Counted from the first letter of the stretch, positions 39,736 through 53,206 are shown. The stretch is 64,000 bases of DNA from Xanthobacteraceae bacterium (GCA_024508855.1 JANINJ010000006.1:38301-102300), one strand, 5' to 3'. Notes: generated by a model not told the origin, from the letters alone. Translations and numbers: made by a program.

Positions 39736-42690
39736 TCAGCCGAGCGCATCATCGAGGAACGCCTTGAGCTGCGCCAAGTGCTTCGACATCAGGCCAGTAG
39801 CCGTCGCTGCAGCCGCGGCACGGCCGACATAACGTGGCCGACGATTCGGGGCACCGGACTGGTTCAATACCCATTCAAGATATGGCTCGATGAAGTGCCA
39901 CGCGCCCATGTTGCGCGGCTCTTCCTGACACCACACCACTTCGGCGTTCTTGAACCGCGACAGCTCCTGCACCAGCGTCTTCAGCGGCACGGGATAGAGC
40001 TGCTCGATGCGCATCAGATAGATGTCGTCGATCTCGCGCTTCTCCCGCTCCTCGTAAAGGTCGTAATAGACCTTGCCGGAGCACAGCACGACGCGGCGCA
40101 TCTTGTCGTCGGCAACCAGCTTGATCGGCTGGTCCGGCAGCGTTGCCGCGTCATCGTGCAGGATACGGTGGAACGTGGTATCGGCGCCCAGCTCATCGAG
40201 CCGCGAGACCGCACGCTTGTGACGCAGCAGCGACTTCGGCGTCATCATGATGAGCGGCTTGCGGATTTCCCGCTTCAACTGCCGGCGCAGCACATGGAAG
40301 TGGTTGGCCGGCGTGGTGCAGTTGGTAACCTGCATGTTGTCTTCTGCGCACATCTGCAGATATCGCTCGAGACGCGCCGACGAGTGCTCGGGTCCCTGTC
40401 CCTCGTAGCCATGCGGCAGCATACAGACGAGGCCCGACATGCGCAGCCACTTGCGCTCGCCGGAAGAGATGAACTGGTCGAACACCACCTGCGCGCCGTT
40501 GGCGAAGTCGCCGAACTGCGCTTCCCACATCGTCAGCGCCTTCGGCTCCGCCAGCGAGTAGCCGTATTCGAAGCCGAGCACGGCCTCTTCGGACAGCAAC
40601 GAGTTGATGACCTCGTAGTGTCCCTGCTCGGGAGCGAGGTGGTTGAACGGCGTGTAACGGCTTTCGTCCTCCTGATCGAACAGCACCGAGTGGCGCTGCG
40701 AGAAGGTGCCGCGCTCGCTGTCCTGTCCGGACAGGCGAACACGATGGCCTTCCAGCAGAAGCGTACAGAATGCCAGTGCTTCGCCGGTCGCCCAGTCGAT
40801 TCCAACACCGTTCTCGATCGCCTTGGCGCGGTTCTCGAGGAAACGCTGCACCGTGCGGTGAACGCGGAAGCCATCCGGCACCTTGGTGATCTTCCGCCCA
40901 ATCTCCCTGAGTTCACCGACGTCAACGCCGGTAATGCCGCGGCGCGGATCGTCGTCTTCGCCGGCAGTCTTGAATCCGGCCCACTTGCCGTCGAGCCAGT
41001 CGGCCTTGTTCGGCTTGTAACCCGAACCAGCCTCCAGTTCAGCGTCGAGGTGCGCCCGCCAGCCGGCCTTCGCCTTATCGACTTCGCCTTCTGTGATGAC
41101 ACCTTCAGCAATCAACCGCTTCGAATAGAGATCGAGCACCGAAGCGTGCGTTGCGATCTTCTTGTACATCAGCGGCTGGGTGAACGACGGCTCGTCGCCT
41201 TCGTTGTGGCCGTGCCGCCGGTAGCAGAACATGTCGATGACGACAGGCTTGTGGAATTTCTGCCGGAACTCGATGGCGATCTTGGCCGCGAACACTACGG
41301 CTTCCGGATCGTCGCCGTTGACGTGGAAGATCGGCGCATCGATCATCTTCGCAACATCCGACGGATACGGCGAAGACCGCGAATAGCGCGGATAGGTGGT
41401 GAAGCCGATCTGGTTGTTGACGATGAAGTGGATCGAACCGCCGGTGCGATAGCCCTTGAGGTCGGAGAGCGCGAAACATTCGGCCACTACGCCCTGGCCG
41501 GCAAACGCCGCGTCGCCATGCATCAGCAGCGGCAACACCGACGTACGCTGATCCGGCGCATCGCCATGCTGGTCCTCCTTGGCGCGGGCCTTACCCAGCA
41601 CGACGGGATCGACGATCTCGAGATGCGATGGGTTGGCGGTAAGCGACAGGTGGACCTTGTTATTGTCGAACTCGCGATCCGATGACGCGCCGAGGTGATA
41701 CTTGACGTCGCCCGAACCTTCGACCTCGTCCGGATTGGCCGAGCCACCCTTGAACTCATGGAACAGCGCACGGTGCGCCTTCGCCATCACCTGCGTCAGC
41801 ACGTTGAGCCGCCCGCGATGCGGCATGCCGATGACGATCTCCTTGACGCCGAGATTGCCGCCACGCTTGATGATCTGCTCCAGCGCCGGGATCAGCGACT
41901 CGCCACCGTCAAGACCGAAGCGCTTGGTACCGGTGAACTTGAGATCGCAGAACTTCTCGAAACCTTCGGCTTCGATCAGCTTCATCAGAATGGCGCGACG
42001 CCCTTCCGGCGTGAAGCTGATCTCCTTGTCTGGCCCCTCGATACGTTCCTGAATCCACGCCTTCTGCGCACCGTTCGAGATGTGCATGAACTCGACGCCG
42101 AGCGTCTGGCAGTAGGTGCGCTCGCAGAGGGCCACGATCTCGCGCAGCGTGCCGTATTCGAGACCGAGCACGTGATCGAGGAATATCTTGCGGTCGAGGT
42201 CCGCGTCGGTGAACCCGTAGGTGCGGGGATCGAGTTCTTCGTGATCCTTGGCCGGCTCGAGACCCAGCGGATCGAGCTTGGCATGGAAATGACCGCGCAT
42301 GCGGTAAGCCCGGATCAGCATCAGGGCGCGGACCGAATCCCGGGTCGCCTGGTTGATGTCGACCGCCGGCTCGGTTCCCGCGGCTTTGGCCTTGGCCTGG
42401 AGCTTGCCGCTGATCGCCGTCTCGACCTGGGCCCAATTGCCGTCCAGTGCCGACGTCAGGTCGTCCCTTGGGGTCAACGGCCAGTTCGCCCTCGCCCACG
42501 GCGGCCCCTCGGCGTTCTTCAACACATCGGCCGGAGAATCTTTCAGGCTGCCGAAGAACTCGCGCCACTCGGCGTCGACCGAATTGGGGTCCTTTTCGTA
42601 GTCGGCATAGATGTCGTCGATATAGCTGGCATTTGCGCCGTAGAGGAACGAGGAGAGAGCAAATGCTGCATTTGCGTCCTGGCGAGACAT
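39736..42690 (-). CDS. sucA: 2-oxoglutarate dehydrogenase E1
   Basis: ORF 39736..42720 trimmed to ATG 42690 (MSRQDANAAFALSSFLYGANASYIDD...). 984 aa. Confidence 0.95.
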   Translation of the reverse strand: MSRQDANAAFALSSFLYGANASYIDDIYADYEKDPNSVDAEWREFFGSLKDSPADVLKNAEGPPWARANWPLTPRDDLTSALDGNWAQVETAISGKLQAKAKAAGTEPAVDINQATRDSVRALMLIRAYRMRGHFHAKLDPLGLEPAKDHEELDPRTYGFTDADLDRKIFLDHVLGLEYGTLREIVALCERTYCQTLGVEFMHISNGAQKAWIQERIEGPDKEISFTPEGRRAILMKLIEAEGFEKFCDLKFTGTKRFGLDGGESLIPALEQIIKRGGNLGVKEIVIGMPHRGRLNVLTQVMAKAHRALFHEFKGGSANPDEVEGSGDVKYHLGASSDREFDNNKVHLSLTANPSHLEIVDPVVLGKARAKEDQHGDAPDQRTSVLPLLMHGDAAFAGQGVVAECFALSDLKGYRTGGSIHFIVNNQIGFTTYPRYSRSSPYPSDVAKMIDAPIFHVNGDDPEAVVFAAKIAIEFRQKFHKPVVIDMFCYRRHGHNEGDEPSFTQPLMYKKIATHASVLDLYSKRLIAEGVITEGEVDKAKAGWRAHLDAELEAGSGYKPNKADWLDGKWAGFKTAGEDDDPRRGITGVDVGELREIGRKITKVPDGFRVHRTVQRFLENRAKAIENGVGIDWATGEALAFCTLLLEGHRVRLSGQDSERGTFSQRHSVLFDQEDESRYTPFNHLAPEQGHYEVINSLLSEEAVLGFEYGYSLAEPKALTMWEAQFGDFANGAQVVFDQFISSGERKWLRMSGLVCMLPHGYEGQGPEHSSARLERYLQMCAEDNMQVTNCTTPANHFHVLRRQLKREIRKPLIMMTPKSLLRHKRAVSRLDELGADTTFHRILHDDAATLPDQPIKLVADDKMRRVVLCSGKVYYDLYEEREKREIDDIYLMRIEQLYPVPLKTLVQELSRFKNAEVVWCQEEPRNMGAWHFIEPYLEWVLNQSGAPNRRPRYVGRAAAAATATGLMSKHLAQLKAFLDDALG

Positions 42691-42824
42691 GGTTCGTCCT
42701 AAGTTATTGGTGTCGCGCATAAAAACGGATTACGCCGTCGATCCGGCAGTTCGGATCGACCACGTTTTTGACCTTTTACCCTATTTAAGGCGAATATACG
42801 CGCCGAAAAGACCCAATAAGTGAA

Positions 42825-43709
<885 letters not shown>

Positions 43710-43713
43710 CGGC

Positions 43714-44910
<1,197 letters not shown>

Positions 44911-44940
44911 CCGCGCCCCTTACGTTTTCGGAATTCGATG

Positions 44941-44974
44941 TAGAAAAAGCCGCGCTGGCGAGGCCAACGCGGCT
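44941..44974 (-). terminator. Rho-independent terminator/attenuator after mdh
   Basis: The minus-strand RNA reads AGCCGCGTTGGC-CTC-GCCAGCGCGGCT (12 pairs, 1 mismatch) followed by TTTTCTA. It starts 5 nt after the mdh stop, within the 69-nt mdh-sucC spacer. Confidence 0.55.
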
Positions 44975-44979
44975 GAGAT

Positions 44980-46008
<1,029 letters not shown>

Positions 46009-46087
46009 TTAGACCTTTCGAAGGAACCGTTCAAGTCGCGGCCGCTGCAAATTTACCTCGCGCGCTATCTCGGGAAGAAAACCGGCT

Positions 46088-47272
46088 TCACGTTTCGACC
46101 AGCCCGGTGGTAGCGCCTGATGCCTCGGACAGACTGCGTCCGTGCGGGAGCGCGAGATAGGATTCCGAACTCATTTCGATCAGGCGAGAGGACGTGCGCT
46201 TGAACTCGTTCGCCTCGGTGCCTTCGGTTGCCCGATAAAGCGTCAGCGGATCGGCGTCGGCGGACGCCATCAGCTTCACTGCGTTGTCATAAAGCGTGTC
46301 GATCAGCGAAATGAACCGCTTGGCTGCGTTGCGATCCGCGATATCCATCACCGGAATACGGTCGATCATGATGGTGTGATAGTCATGCGCGAGCCGCAGA
46401 TAATCCGAGGCAGCCAGCGGCTGCTCGCACAGATCCGCGAATGAAAATCGCGCCACGCCATGCGCCGCGCGCGGCACGTGCAGCTTGCGGCCCTTGATCA
46501 CCAGATCGAGCGGCGCACCGGCGTCGCCGCCGGTCATCTTGAGCCACGCCTTGTCGAGCGCGGCTTCCGCCGCCGCATCGGCAGGCACCAGCCACATCTT
46601 CACGCCCGCAAGTTTCTCCATGCGGAAATCAGTCCGGGCGTCGAGCCGAAGCACATCCATGTGGGATTCGATCTGCGCGATGAACGGCAGGAACAGCGCA
46701 CGGTTGAGGCCTCCCTTGTAAAGGTCTTCCGGCGCGACGTTCGATGTCGCCACCACCACGGTGCCGAGATCGAACAGTTGCGAGAACAACCGGCCGAGGA
46801 TCATCGCATCGGCGATATCGGTGACGTGGAATTCGTCGAAGCAGAGAAGCCACGCCTCGTCGAAGATGGACGACGCCGTCAGTTGCACCACGTCGCTGTC
46901 GGCGATCTCGCCGCGCGCGATGCTTTGACGAAAGTTGTAGATACGCTCGTGCACGTCGGCCATGAATTCATGGAAATGCGCACGACGCTTGTGCATCACC
47001 TGGCTCTGCCGAAAGAACAGGTCCATCAGCATGGTCTTGCCGCGGCCAACGTCACCATGAATGTAAAGTCCGTGTGGCGCAGCGTCGTTCTTGTCGGAGA
47101 ACAGTCGGCCGAAAAAGCCCTGCTTGCGCGCCGGGCGATAGCGCATCAGCTTTTCATCGAGCGCCGCAAATGCCTCGACGGCACGCGCCTGCGCCGGATC
47201 GGCCTCGATTGCGCCGGACGAGACAAGCGACTGGTATTCGGCGCGGAACGAAGCAGGCGACGATGCATCCAT
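46088..47272 (-). CDS. zapE: AFG1-like cell division ATPase ZapE
   Basis: ORF 46088..47296 (a GTG start). The first ATG is at 47272 (MDASSPASFRAEYQ...). Walker A is GDVGRGKTMLMD and Walker B is LLCFDEF. Confidence 0.85.
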   Translation of the reverse strand: MDASSPASFRAEYQSLVSSGAIEADPAQARAVEAFAALDEKLMRYRPARKQGFFGRLFSDKNDAAPHGLYIHGDVGRGKTMLMDLFFRQSQVMHKRRAHFHEFMADVHERIYNFRQSIARGEIADSDVVQLTASSIFDEAWLLCFDEFHVTDIADAMILGRLFSQLFDLGTVVVATSNVAPEDLYKGGLNRALFLPFIAQIESHMDVLRLDARTDFRMEKLAGVKMWLVPADAAAEAALDKAWLKMTGGDAGAPLDLVIKGRKLHVPRAAHGVARFSFADLCEQPLAASDYLRLAHDYHTIMIDRIPVMDIADRNAAKRFISLIDTLYDNAVKLMASADADPLTLYRATEGTEANEFKRTSSRLIEMSSESYLALPHGRSLSEASGATTGLVET

Positions 47273-47376
47273 GCGCGCTAACGGCCCTAGCGCCACAAAA
47301 AATGCAAGACGAAATTTTCAAGGACCGGCATTGCGCGGAGCGCGCGATCCGGACTTCCTCTGGCATACCAGCAACG

Positions 47377-47913
47377 TCACGCGCTCAGGGCGTATGCATC
47401 CTCGACAACGTACGGTCCGCCGCCGACCGACGCACGGGACGAGAACAGCACGAACCGCGAGGCCGTGAATACCCGGGTCGGGAAGTACCCGCGCACCGAC
47501 AGATAGTCGGCGACGTCCTGGTTCGACGAGTCACGCAGCCGCGCCAGCGTGACATGCGGCGTGAACTTGCGTCCCTCCGGATGCAAACCGATCCGCTGCA
47601 TCATGCGCTCCAGCTCGGCCTGCAATTCCAGAAGCGGCCGGCTCGGCACCACGGTCGCAACAACCGCGCGGGGTTTCTTGCCGCCGAAGCTCGAAAGCCC
47701 CTGCAGCGCAACCTCGAAGGGCCTGCGGTTGACTCGTGGCAGCATCGAAGCGATCTCGTTGGCCGCGAGGCCATCGATGTCGCCGATGAAGCGCAAGGTG
47801 ACGTGATAATTTTCGGGATCGATCCAGCGGGCACCCGGCAGGCCCCCGCGTAAGTTGGACAGCGTCTGGCCGATCTCGGCCGGTATTTCCAGTCCGGTAA
47901 ATAAGCGCGGCAT
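47377..47913 (-). CDS. thpR: RNA 2',3'-cyclic phosphodiesterase (2H family, LigT/ThpR)
   Basis: 178 aa with two H-x-T motifs: YHVTLRFIGD and PHVTLARL. Confidence 0.85.
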   Translation of the reverse strand: MPRLFTGLEIPAEIGQTLSNLRGGLPGARWIDPENYHVTLRFIGDIDGLAANEIASMLPRVNRRPFEVALQGLSSFGGKKPRAVVATVVPSRPLLELQAELERMMQRIGLHPEGRKFTPHVTLARLRDSSNQDVADYLSVRGYFPTRVFTASRFVLFSSRASVGGGPYVVEDAYALSA

Positions 47914-48055
47914 CGCGAAACCCCCGATGCTGAAACCCGGCGACGAATCACCGATACTGATTTTTACCGTAGTTATGTGACTGTGCGAAGTGATGTGCGG
48001 TTCAAGCTGTCGTTAACCGTGGAAAAGAAGCCGCCTGTTCCGCACCCTCGCGACG

Positions 48056-48700
48056 TCAGCCATCCTTTGCCTTGATCGTTGCCAGCAACGCTTCAACACT
48101 GGGCAAAATCCGCGACACGATCACATCGACGCCTTGCGCCGTCGGATGCATTCCGTCGGCCTGATTGAGGGTCGCTTCCGCCGCCACCCCGTCGAGGAAG
48201 AACGGATACAATGGCACTCCATATTGCTTCGCCAGTTCCGGATAGATCGCATTGAACCGGGCCGCATAGTCCGCGCCATAGTTGGGCGGCGCCAGCATCC
48301 CGCACAGCAAGACCGCAATGTTGCGCGCCTTGAGCCGCTTCAAAATGTCCTCGAGCGCATCGCGTGTGAGCTTCGGATCGATCCCGCGCAACGCATCGTT
48401 GGCGCCGAGTTCGAGAATGACGGCGTCGGTGCCGTCCGGCACCGACCAGTCGAGCCGGTCGCGGCCACCCGAACTGGTGTCGCCCGACACTCCCGCGTTG
48501 CTGATCTCGGCATCTATGCCCTTGTTTTTCAAAGAACTTTGCAATTTTACCGGGAATGTCGATTGCGCCGGCAACCCCAGTCCGGCGGTCAGGGAATCGC
48601 CGAGCACGACAATTCTGACCGGCTTACCGGTCTGCGCCCCGGCGGGAAGCGACGACATGAGCGCGATCATCACGAGACCGAGGCAGGCGCTCAGAAACAT
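48056..48700 (-). CDS. tesA: SGNH/GDSL arylesterase-lysophospholipase (TesA-like), secreted
   Basis: ORF 48056..49066 trimmed to ATG 48700. MFLSACLGLVMIALMSSLPAGAQT reads as a signal peptide. Block I is VVLGDSLTAG, block III is GANDAL, and block V is DGMHPT. The longer ORF runs antisense into ybbA. Confidence 0.8.
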   Translation of the reverse strand: MFLSACLGLVMIALMSSLPAGAQTGKPVRIVVLGDSLTAGLGLPAQSTFPVKLQSSLKNKGIDAEISNAGVSGDTSSGGRDRLDWSVPDGTDAVILELGANDALRGIDPKLTRDALEDILKRLKARNIAVLLCGMLAPPNYGADYAARFNAIYPELAKQYGVPLYPFFLDGVAAEATLNQADGMHPTAQGVDVIVSRILPSVEALLATIKAKDG

Positions 48701-48749
48701 CCGCGCCCGCCTCTCGACCACCGCAAAGCAATCGCCATATGAACGCGGC

Positions 48750-49499
48750 ATGGACACTCTCATCACCTCTTCATCGGCGCCTTCTTCGACAAGCGGGACG
48801 CCGGATTCCATTTCGATCGCCAACATCAATCTCTCGCTGGGCCAGAGCGCGGCGCGGGTACACATCCTCAAGGACATCAGCCTGCAGGTCGCCTCCGGCG
48901 AAGCGATCGGACTGGTCGGCGCATCGGGCTCCGGCAAATCCACGCTGCTGATGGTAATGGCGGGCCTGGAACGTCCCGACAGTGGAGAGGTGGTGGTCAG
49001 CGGCACCGCCTTCAATGCCCTCGATGAAGATGGTCTCGCCCGCTTCCGCGGACGCCACGTCGGCATCGTGTTCCAATCCTTTCACCTGATCCCCACCATG
49101 ACCGCGCTGGAGAATGTCGCGGTGCCGCTCGAACTGGCCGGCGTTGCCGACGCTACCGAGCGCGCAGCACGCGAACTGACGTCGGTCGGTCTCGGCGAGC
49201 GCCTACACCACTATCCGACGCAACTTTCCGGCGGCGAGCAGCAGCGTGTCGCAATCGCACGCGCGCTGGCGCCTGACCCGGCAATTCTGGTGGCTGACGA
49301 GCCCACCGGCAATCTCGATGAGACCACCGGTCAGCAGATCGTCGATCTGCTGTTTGCCAAACACGCCGAACGCGGCATGACACTGGTGCTGGTGACTCAC
49401 GATCATTCGCTGGCACAGCGCTGCGACCGCGTCGTTCGTCTGCGCTCGGGACGGATCGACGGTCCGGCCACCGATCGGCACTGGGTCGAGACGGCTTGA
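48750..49499 (+). CDS. ybbA: ABC transporter ATP-binding protein (YbbA/LolD-MacB-type)
   Basis: ORF 48282..49499 trimmed to ATG 48750 (MDTLITSSS...). Walker A is GASGSGKST, the signature is [15 protein letters not shown], and Walker B is [12 protein letters not shown]. It is divergent from the tesA-like gene (49-bp spacer), as in E. coli tesA/ybbA. Confidence 0.85.
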   Translation: MDTLITSSSAPSSTSGTPDSISIANINLSLGQSAARVHILKDISLQVASGEAIGLVGASGSGKSTLLMVMAGLERPDSGEVVVSGTAFNALDEDGLARFRGRHVGIVFQSFHLIPTMTALENVAVPLELAGVADATERAARELTSVGLGERLHHYPTQLSGGEQQRVAIARALAPDPAILVADEPTGNLDETTGQQIVDLLFAKHAERGMTLVLVTHDHSLAQRCDRVVRLRSGRIDGPATDRHWVETA

Positions 49500-52075
49500 C
49501 CGCGATGACCACCACCATCGATCGAGTGCCTGGCCGTCCGCTCACGCTGTTGCCATTACGTTACGCCTTTCGTGAGTTACGCAGCGGTCTGCGCGGCTTC
49601 TACGTCTTCATCGCCTGCATTGCGCTCGGGGTGATGGCCATCGCCGGCATCGGCTCGGTCGCGGCCAGTCTCAACGACGGCCTGGCGCGCGAGGGGCGCA
49701 CGCTGCTCGGCGGCGACGTCGCGTTCTCGCTGATCCAGCGAGAGGCGAAACCCAACGAAGTTGCCTTTCTCCGTAAACACGGACAGGTCTCGGTAGCGGC
49801 GACGATGCGCGCCATGGTGCGCGCGCAGGACGGCCAATTGGCGCTGGTCGAACTCAAGGCCGTCGACAGTGCCTATCCGATGCTCGGCGAACTCACGCTC
49901 GATCCGAAAACTGCAACGGCCGACTTGCTTGCAAAGCGCGACGGAGCGTTTGGCGCGGCCGCGGATCCGACGCTGCTGGCGCGGCTCGATCTCAAGGTCG
50001 GCGATCGCGTCACGGTCGGGAGCGCGACATTCGAAATCCGCAGCGCCGTCACTGCCGAACCGGACAAGCTCGCAGGCGGTATCGGCTTCGGTCCGCGCTT
50101 CCTTATCAGCGAAGCGGGACTACGCGCGACCGACCTGCTGCAACCGGGCAGCCTGGTGAAGTGGATCTATCGCGTGCGGCTTCCCGACAACGCCGCGAAC
50201 GACAGCGCCGCGAAGAGTTTCGTCGACGCCACGCGCGCCGCGCTTCCCGATGCCGGCTGGGAAATCCGCTCGCGCGACAATGCTTCCCCGCAACTCGAAC
50301 GCACGATCCAGCGCTTCACCCAGTTCCTGACGCTGGTCGGCCTCGCCGCACTACTGGTCGGCGGCGTCGGCGTCGCCAATGCCGTGAAGAGCCACATCGA
50401 CCGCCGCCGCGATGTGATCGCGTCGTTCAAGGCGCTCGGCGCCACCGGCGGGCGCGTCTTTTCGATCTACCTGACGCAAGTGATCGTGCTGGCGGTTATC
50501 GGCTCGCTGATCGGCCTCGCGGCAGGTGCGGTGCTGCCGTTCGCCATCGTCGGGCTGTTCGGCAAGCTGTTGCCGCTGCCGGTCGAACCGGCATTGCATC
50601 TCGGCGAACTGGCGCTGTCGTTCGTCTACGGTCTGCTGACGGCGCTCGCTTTCGGGCTATGGCCGCTGGGTCGCATTCATGACGTACCGGTTGCGGCGCT
50701 GTTTCGCGATGTGGTGACGCGAGAACGGCATCGGCCGCGCATCAACTATCTCATCGGAATGGCGATCGTGATCGCGCTCCTGATCGCAATCGCCATCGGC
50801 CTCGCCTACGACAAGCGCGTCGCTATGGTGTTCGTTGCCTCATCGGTGGTGGTGTTTGCATTGCTGCGCGGCATCGCCGCCGCCGTCATGGCGATCGCGC
50901 GACGATTGCCACGGCCGCGCAACACGATGCTGCGCCTTGCACTGACCAACATTTATCGGCCCGGTGCGCTGACGCCATCGGTCGTGATGTCGCTGGGCCT
51001 CGGCCTCGCCGTGCTGGTCACCATCACCCAGATCGACGGCAACCTGCGTCGGCAGTTCATGGCTGCGCTACCCGAACACGCACCGTCGTTCTATTTCATC
51101 GATATTCCCTCCACCGACGCGGCTCGATTCAGCGCATTCCTCAAGCAGCAGGTGCCGCAGGCCACTGTCGAGGACGTGCCGATGCTGCGCGGGCGCATCG
51201 TGTCCGCCCGTGGCGTCAAGGCGGAGGACCTCAAGCCGTCGCACGACGCCGAATGGGTGCTGCAGAGCGACCGCGGCCTGAGCTACACCGGCGAAATCCC
51301 GCGCGGCTCCAAGTTGGTCGAAGGGCAATGGTGGGGACCGGATTACGACGGTCCGCCGCTGGTGTCGTTCGAGAAGAAGCTCGCTGACGGCCTCGGCCTC
51401 AAGATCGGCGACGAGGTGGTGGTCAACGTGCTCGGCCGCAACATCACCGCAACCATCAGCAACTTGCGGACGGTCGACTGGCAAAGCCTCGGCATCAACT
51501 TCGTGCTGGTATTTTCGCCGAACACCTTTCGCGGCGTACCACATACCCACATCGCCACGCTCACCGAACCCGATGCCAGCCCGACCCGCGACGCCGATGT
51601 CGTCAAGGCCATTGCCGGTGCTTTCCCGATGGTGACCAGTGTTCACGTCCGCGAGGCGCTGGAGACCGTCGGCACCGTGGTCACCAATCTGGTGCTGGCG
51701 ATCCGCGGCGCCAGCGCCGTGACCTTGTTGGCCGCGATCCTCGTGCTCGGCGGCGCGCTCGCGGCCGGGCACCGCCATCGCGTCTACGACGCGGTCATCC
51801 TCAAGACCCTCGGTGCGACCCGCATGCGGCTGCTTGGCGCCTACGCGCTGGAGTATCTGATGATCGGATTCGCCACCGCCGTGTTCGGGGTCCTGGCGGG
51901 TTCCGTGGCGGCGTGGCAGATCGTGACGCGGCTGATGACACTGGGCTTCGTCTGGCAGGCCGGCAGTGCGGCGGTTGTCGTCTTGGCCGCCCTGGCGGTA
52001 ACGGTCGGGCTCGGGCTCGCAGGTACGCTCGTCGCCCTTAACCGCAAGCCGGCCTCCGTGCTGCGGAATTTATGA
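49496..52075 (+). CDS. ybbP: FtsX/MacB-like ABC transporter permease (YbbP-like, duplicated FtsX domains)
   Basis: 859 aa. The TTG at 49496 overlaps the ybbA stop, and the first ATG is at 49505. It has two FtsX-type 4-TM modules separated by large extracytoplasmic domains. Confidence 0.85.
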   Translation: MTAMTTTIDRVPGRPLTLLPLRYAFRELRSGLRGFYVFIACIALGVMAIAGIGSVAASLNDGLAREGRTLLGGDVAFSLIQREAKPNEVAFLRKHGQVSVAATMRAMVRAQDGQLALVELKAVDSAYPMLGELTLDPKTATADLLAKRDGAFGAAADPTLLARLDLKVGDRVTVGSATFEIRSAVTAEPDKLAGGIGFGPRFLISEAGLRATDLLQPGSLVKWIYRVRLPDNAANDSAAKSFVDATRAALPDAGWEIRSRDNASPQLERTIQRFTQFLTLVGLAALLVGGVGVANAVKSHIDRRRDVIASFKALGATGGRVFSIYLTQVIVLAVIGSLIGLAAGAVLPFAIVGLFGKLLPLPVEPALHLGELALSFVYGLLTALAFGLWPLGRIHDVPVAALFRDVVTRERHRPRINYLIGMAIVIALLIAIAIGLAYDKRVAMVFVASSVVVFALLRGIAAAVMAIARRLPRPRNTMLRLALTNIYRPGALTPSVVMSLGLGLAVLVTITQIDGNLRRQFMAALPEHAPSFYFIDIPSTDAARFSAFLKQQVPQATVEDVPMLRGRIVSARGVKAEDLKPSHDAEWVLQSDRGLSYTGEIPRGSKLVEGQWWGPDYDGPPLVSFEKKLADGLGLKIGDEVVVNVLGRNITATISNLRTVDWQSLGINFVLVFSPNTFRGVPHTHIATLTEPDASPTRDADVVKAIAGAFPMVTSVHVREALETVGTVVTNLVLAIRGASAVTLLAAILVLGGALAAGHRHRVYDAVILKTLGATRMRLLGAYALEYLMIGFATAVFGVLAGSVAAWQIVTRLMTLGFVWQAGSAAVVVLAALAVTVGLGLAGTLVALNRKPASVLRNL

Positions 52076-52388
52076 CAATATGTAGCAGGCGGGCCACGCC
52101 TCTCGAAATGATGACTCGGCGTTAACGAAATGCTTCGACCCGGCTGAATATAAAGTGGTTTCCGAACGTCGGCGGGGCTGCAGTCGCCCAGGCGGCATGC
52201 TACGGAGCGACATTCAGCCGCGCGTGGAAGCTTGCGCCGAATGTGTTAGTTTCCCACATATCAACTTGGGTCAGATGCCTGTTCGATGACGCAAATGTAA
52301 TGTCAGGGGACAGCGGTATCTGGGATAGATTTCGCGCTGGCGGCGCGAGCCCTTCGCACTTTGCCAGACAACCACGAGGGTTTCGACC

Positions 52389-53180
52389 ATGTCGGACTTG
52401 GACCGTAACTACTCTTCACCTTTCGGCCGGGCCGCCGGGCGCGTTGACACCGCCGCCGTCGATGCTGGCTTGCGCGCATACATGCTGCGCATCTACAACT
52501 ATATGGCGATCGGCCTGGCCATTACCGGCCTGGCGGCGCTTGGCGTCTACATGGCCGCCGTCACCGGCGACCCGGCAGGCGCTGCCGCCAAGATCGGCAA
52601 CGCCTATCTGACGCCGTTCGGCTATGCGCTGTTCGTGAGCCCGCTGAAGTGGGTGTTCATGCTGGCGCCGCTGGCGATGGTGTTCGTCATCTCCTTCGGC
52701 ATCAACCGGCTTCGCCCGGCGACGGCGCAAATGCTGTTCTGGGTGTTCTCGGCGCTGATGGGTATCTCGCTGTCGTCGATCTTCCTGGTGTACACGCACA
52801 CCTCGATCGTGCGCGTGTTCTTCATCACGGCGGCTTCGTTCGGTGCGCTGAGCCTCTACGGCTACACCACCAAACGTGACATGACCGGCATGGGCTCGTT
52901 CCTGATGATGGGCCTGTTCGGCATCATCATCGCCAGCCTGGTGAACATCTTCGTTGCCAGCTCGATGCTGCAGTTCGTGATCTCGGTGATCGGCGTCCTG
53001 GTATTCGCCGGCCTGACCGCCTGGGACACGCAGCGCCTGAAGAACGACTACATCTACGGTTACGCCTCGGCCGGCGGCGATATTGCGGAACGGGCCGCGA
53101 TCACCGGCGCGCTGTCGCTGTACCTGAACTTCATCAACCTGTTCACGCTGCTGCTGCAGTTGCTCGGCCAGCGAGACTGA
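52389..53180 (+). CDS. BAX inhibitor-1/YccA-family membrane protein
   Basis: 263 aa, 7 TM, with YMLRIYNYMAIGLAITG...WDTQRLKN.... Confidence 0.85.
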   Translation: MSDLDRNYSSPFGRAAGRVDTAAVDAGLRAYMLRIYNYMAIGLAITGLAALGVYMAAVTGDPAGAAAKIGNAYLTPFGYALFVSPLKWVFMLAPLAMVFVISFGINRLRPATAQMLFWVFSALMGISLSSIFLVYTHTSIVRVFFITAASFGALSLYGYTTKRDMTGMGSFLMMGLFGIIIASLVNIFVASSMLQFVISVIGVLVFAGLTAWDTQRLKNDYIYGYASAGGDIAERAAITGALSLYLNFINLFTLLLQLLGQRD

Positions 53181-53206
53181 TCGAACGGGTCGAACATCAA
53201 ATACCA

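Noticed and set aside
39646-41685. 679-aa plus-strand ORF antisense to sucA (also 41695..42702)
   Set aside because: It is an antisense shadow ORF of a conserved E1 gene, with no motifs and a biased composition.
48701-49066. N-terminal extension of the TesA-like ORF (48056..49066) overlapping ybbA
   Set aside because: The extension is antisense to the Walker A region of the ABC ATPase. The ATG at 48700 yields a canonical signal peptide followed by the GDSL block.
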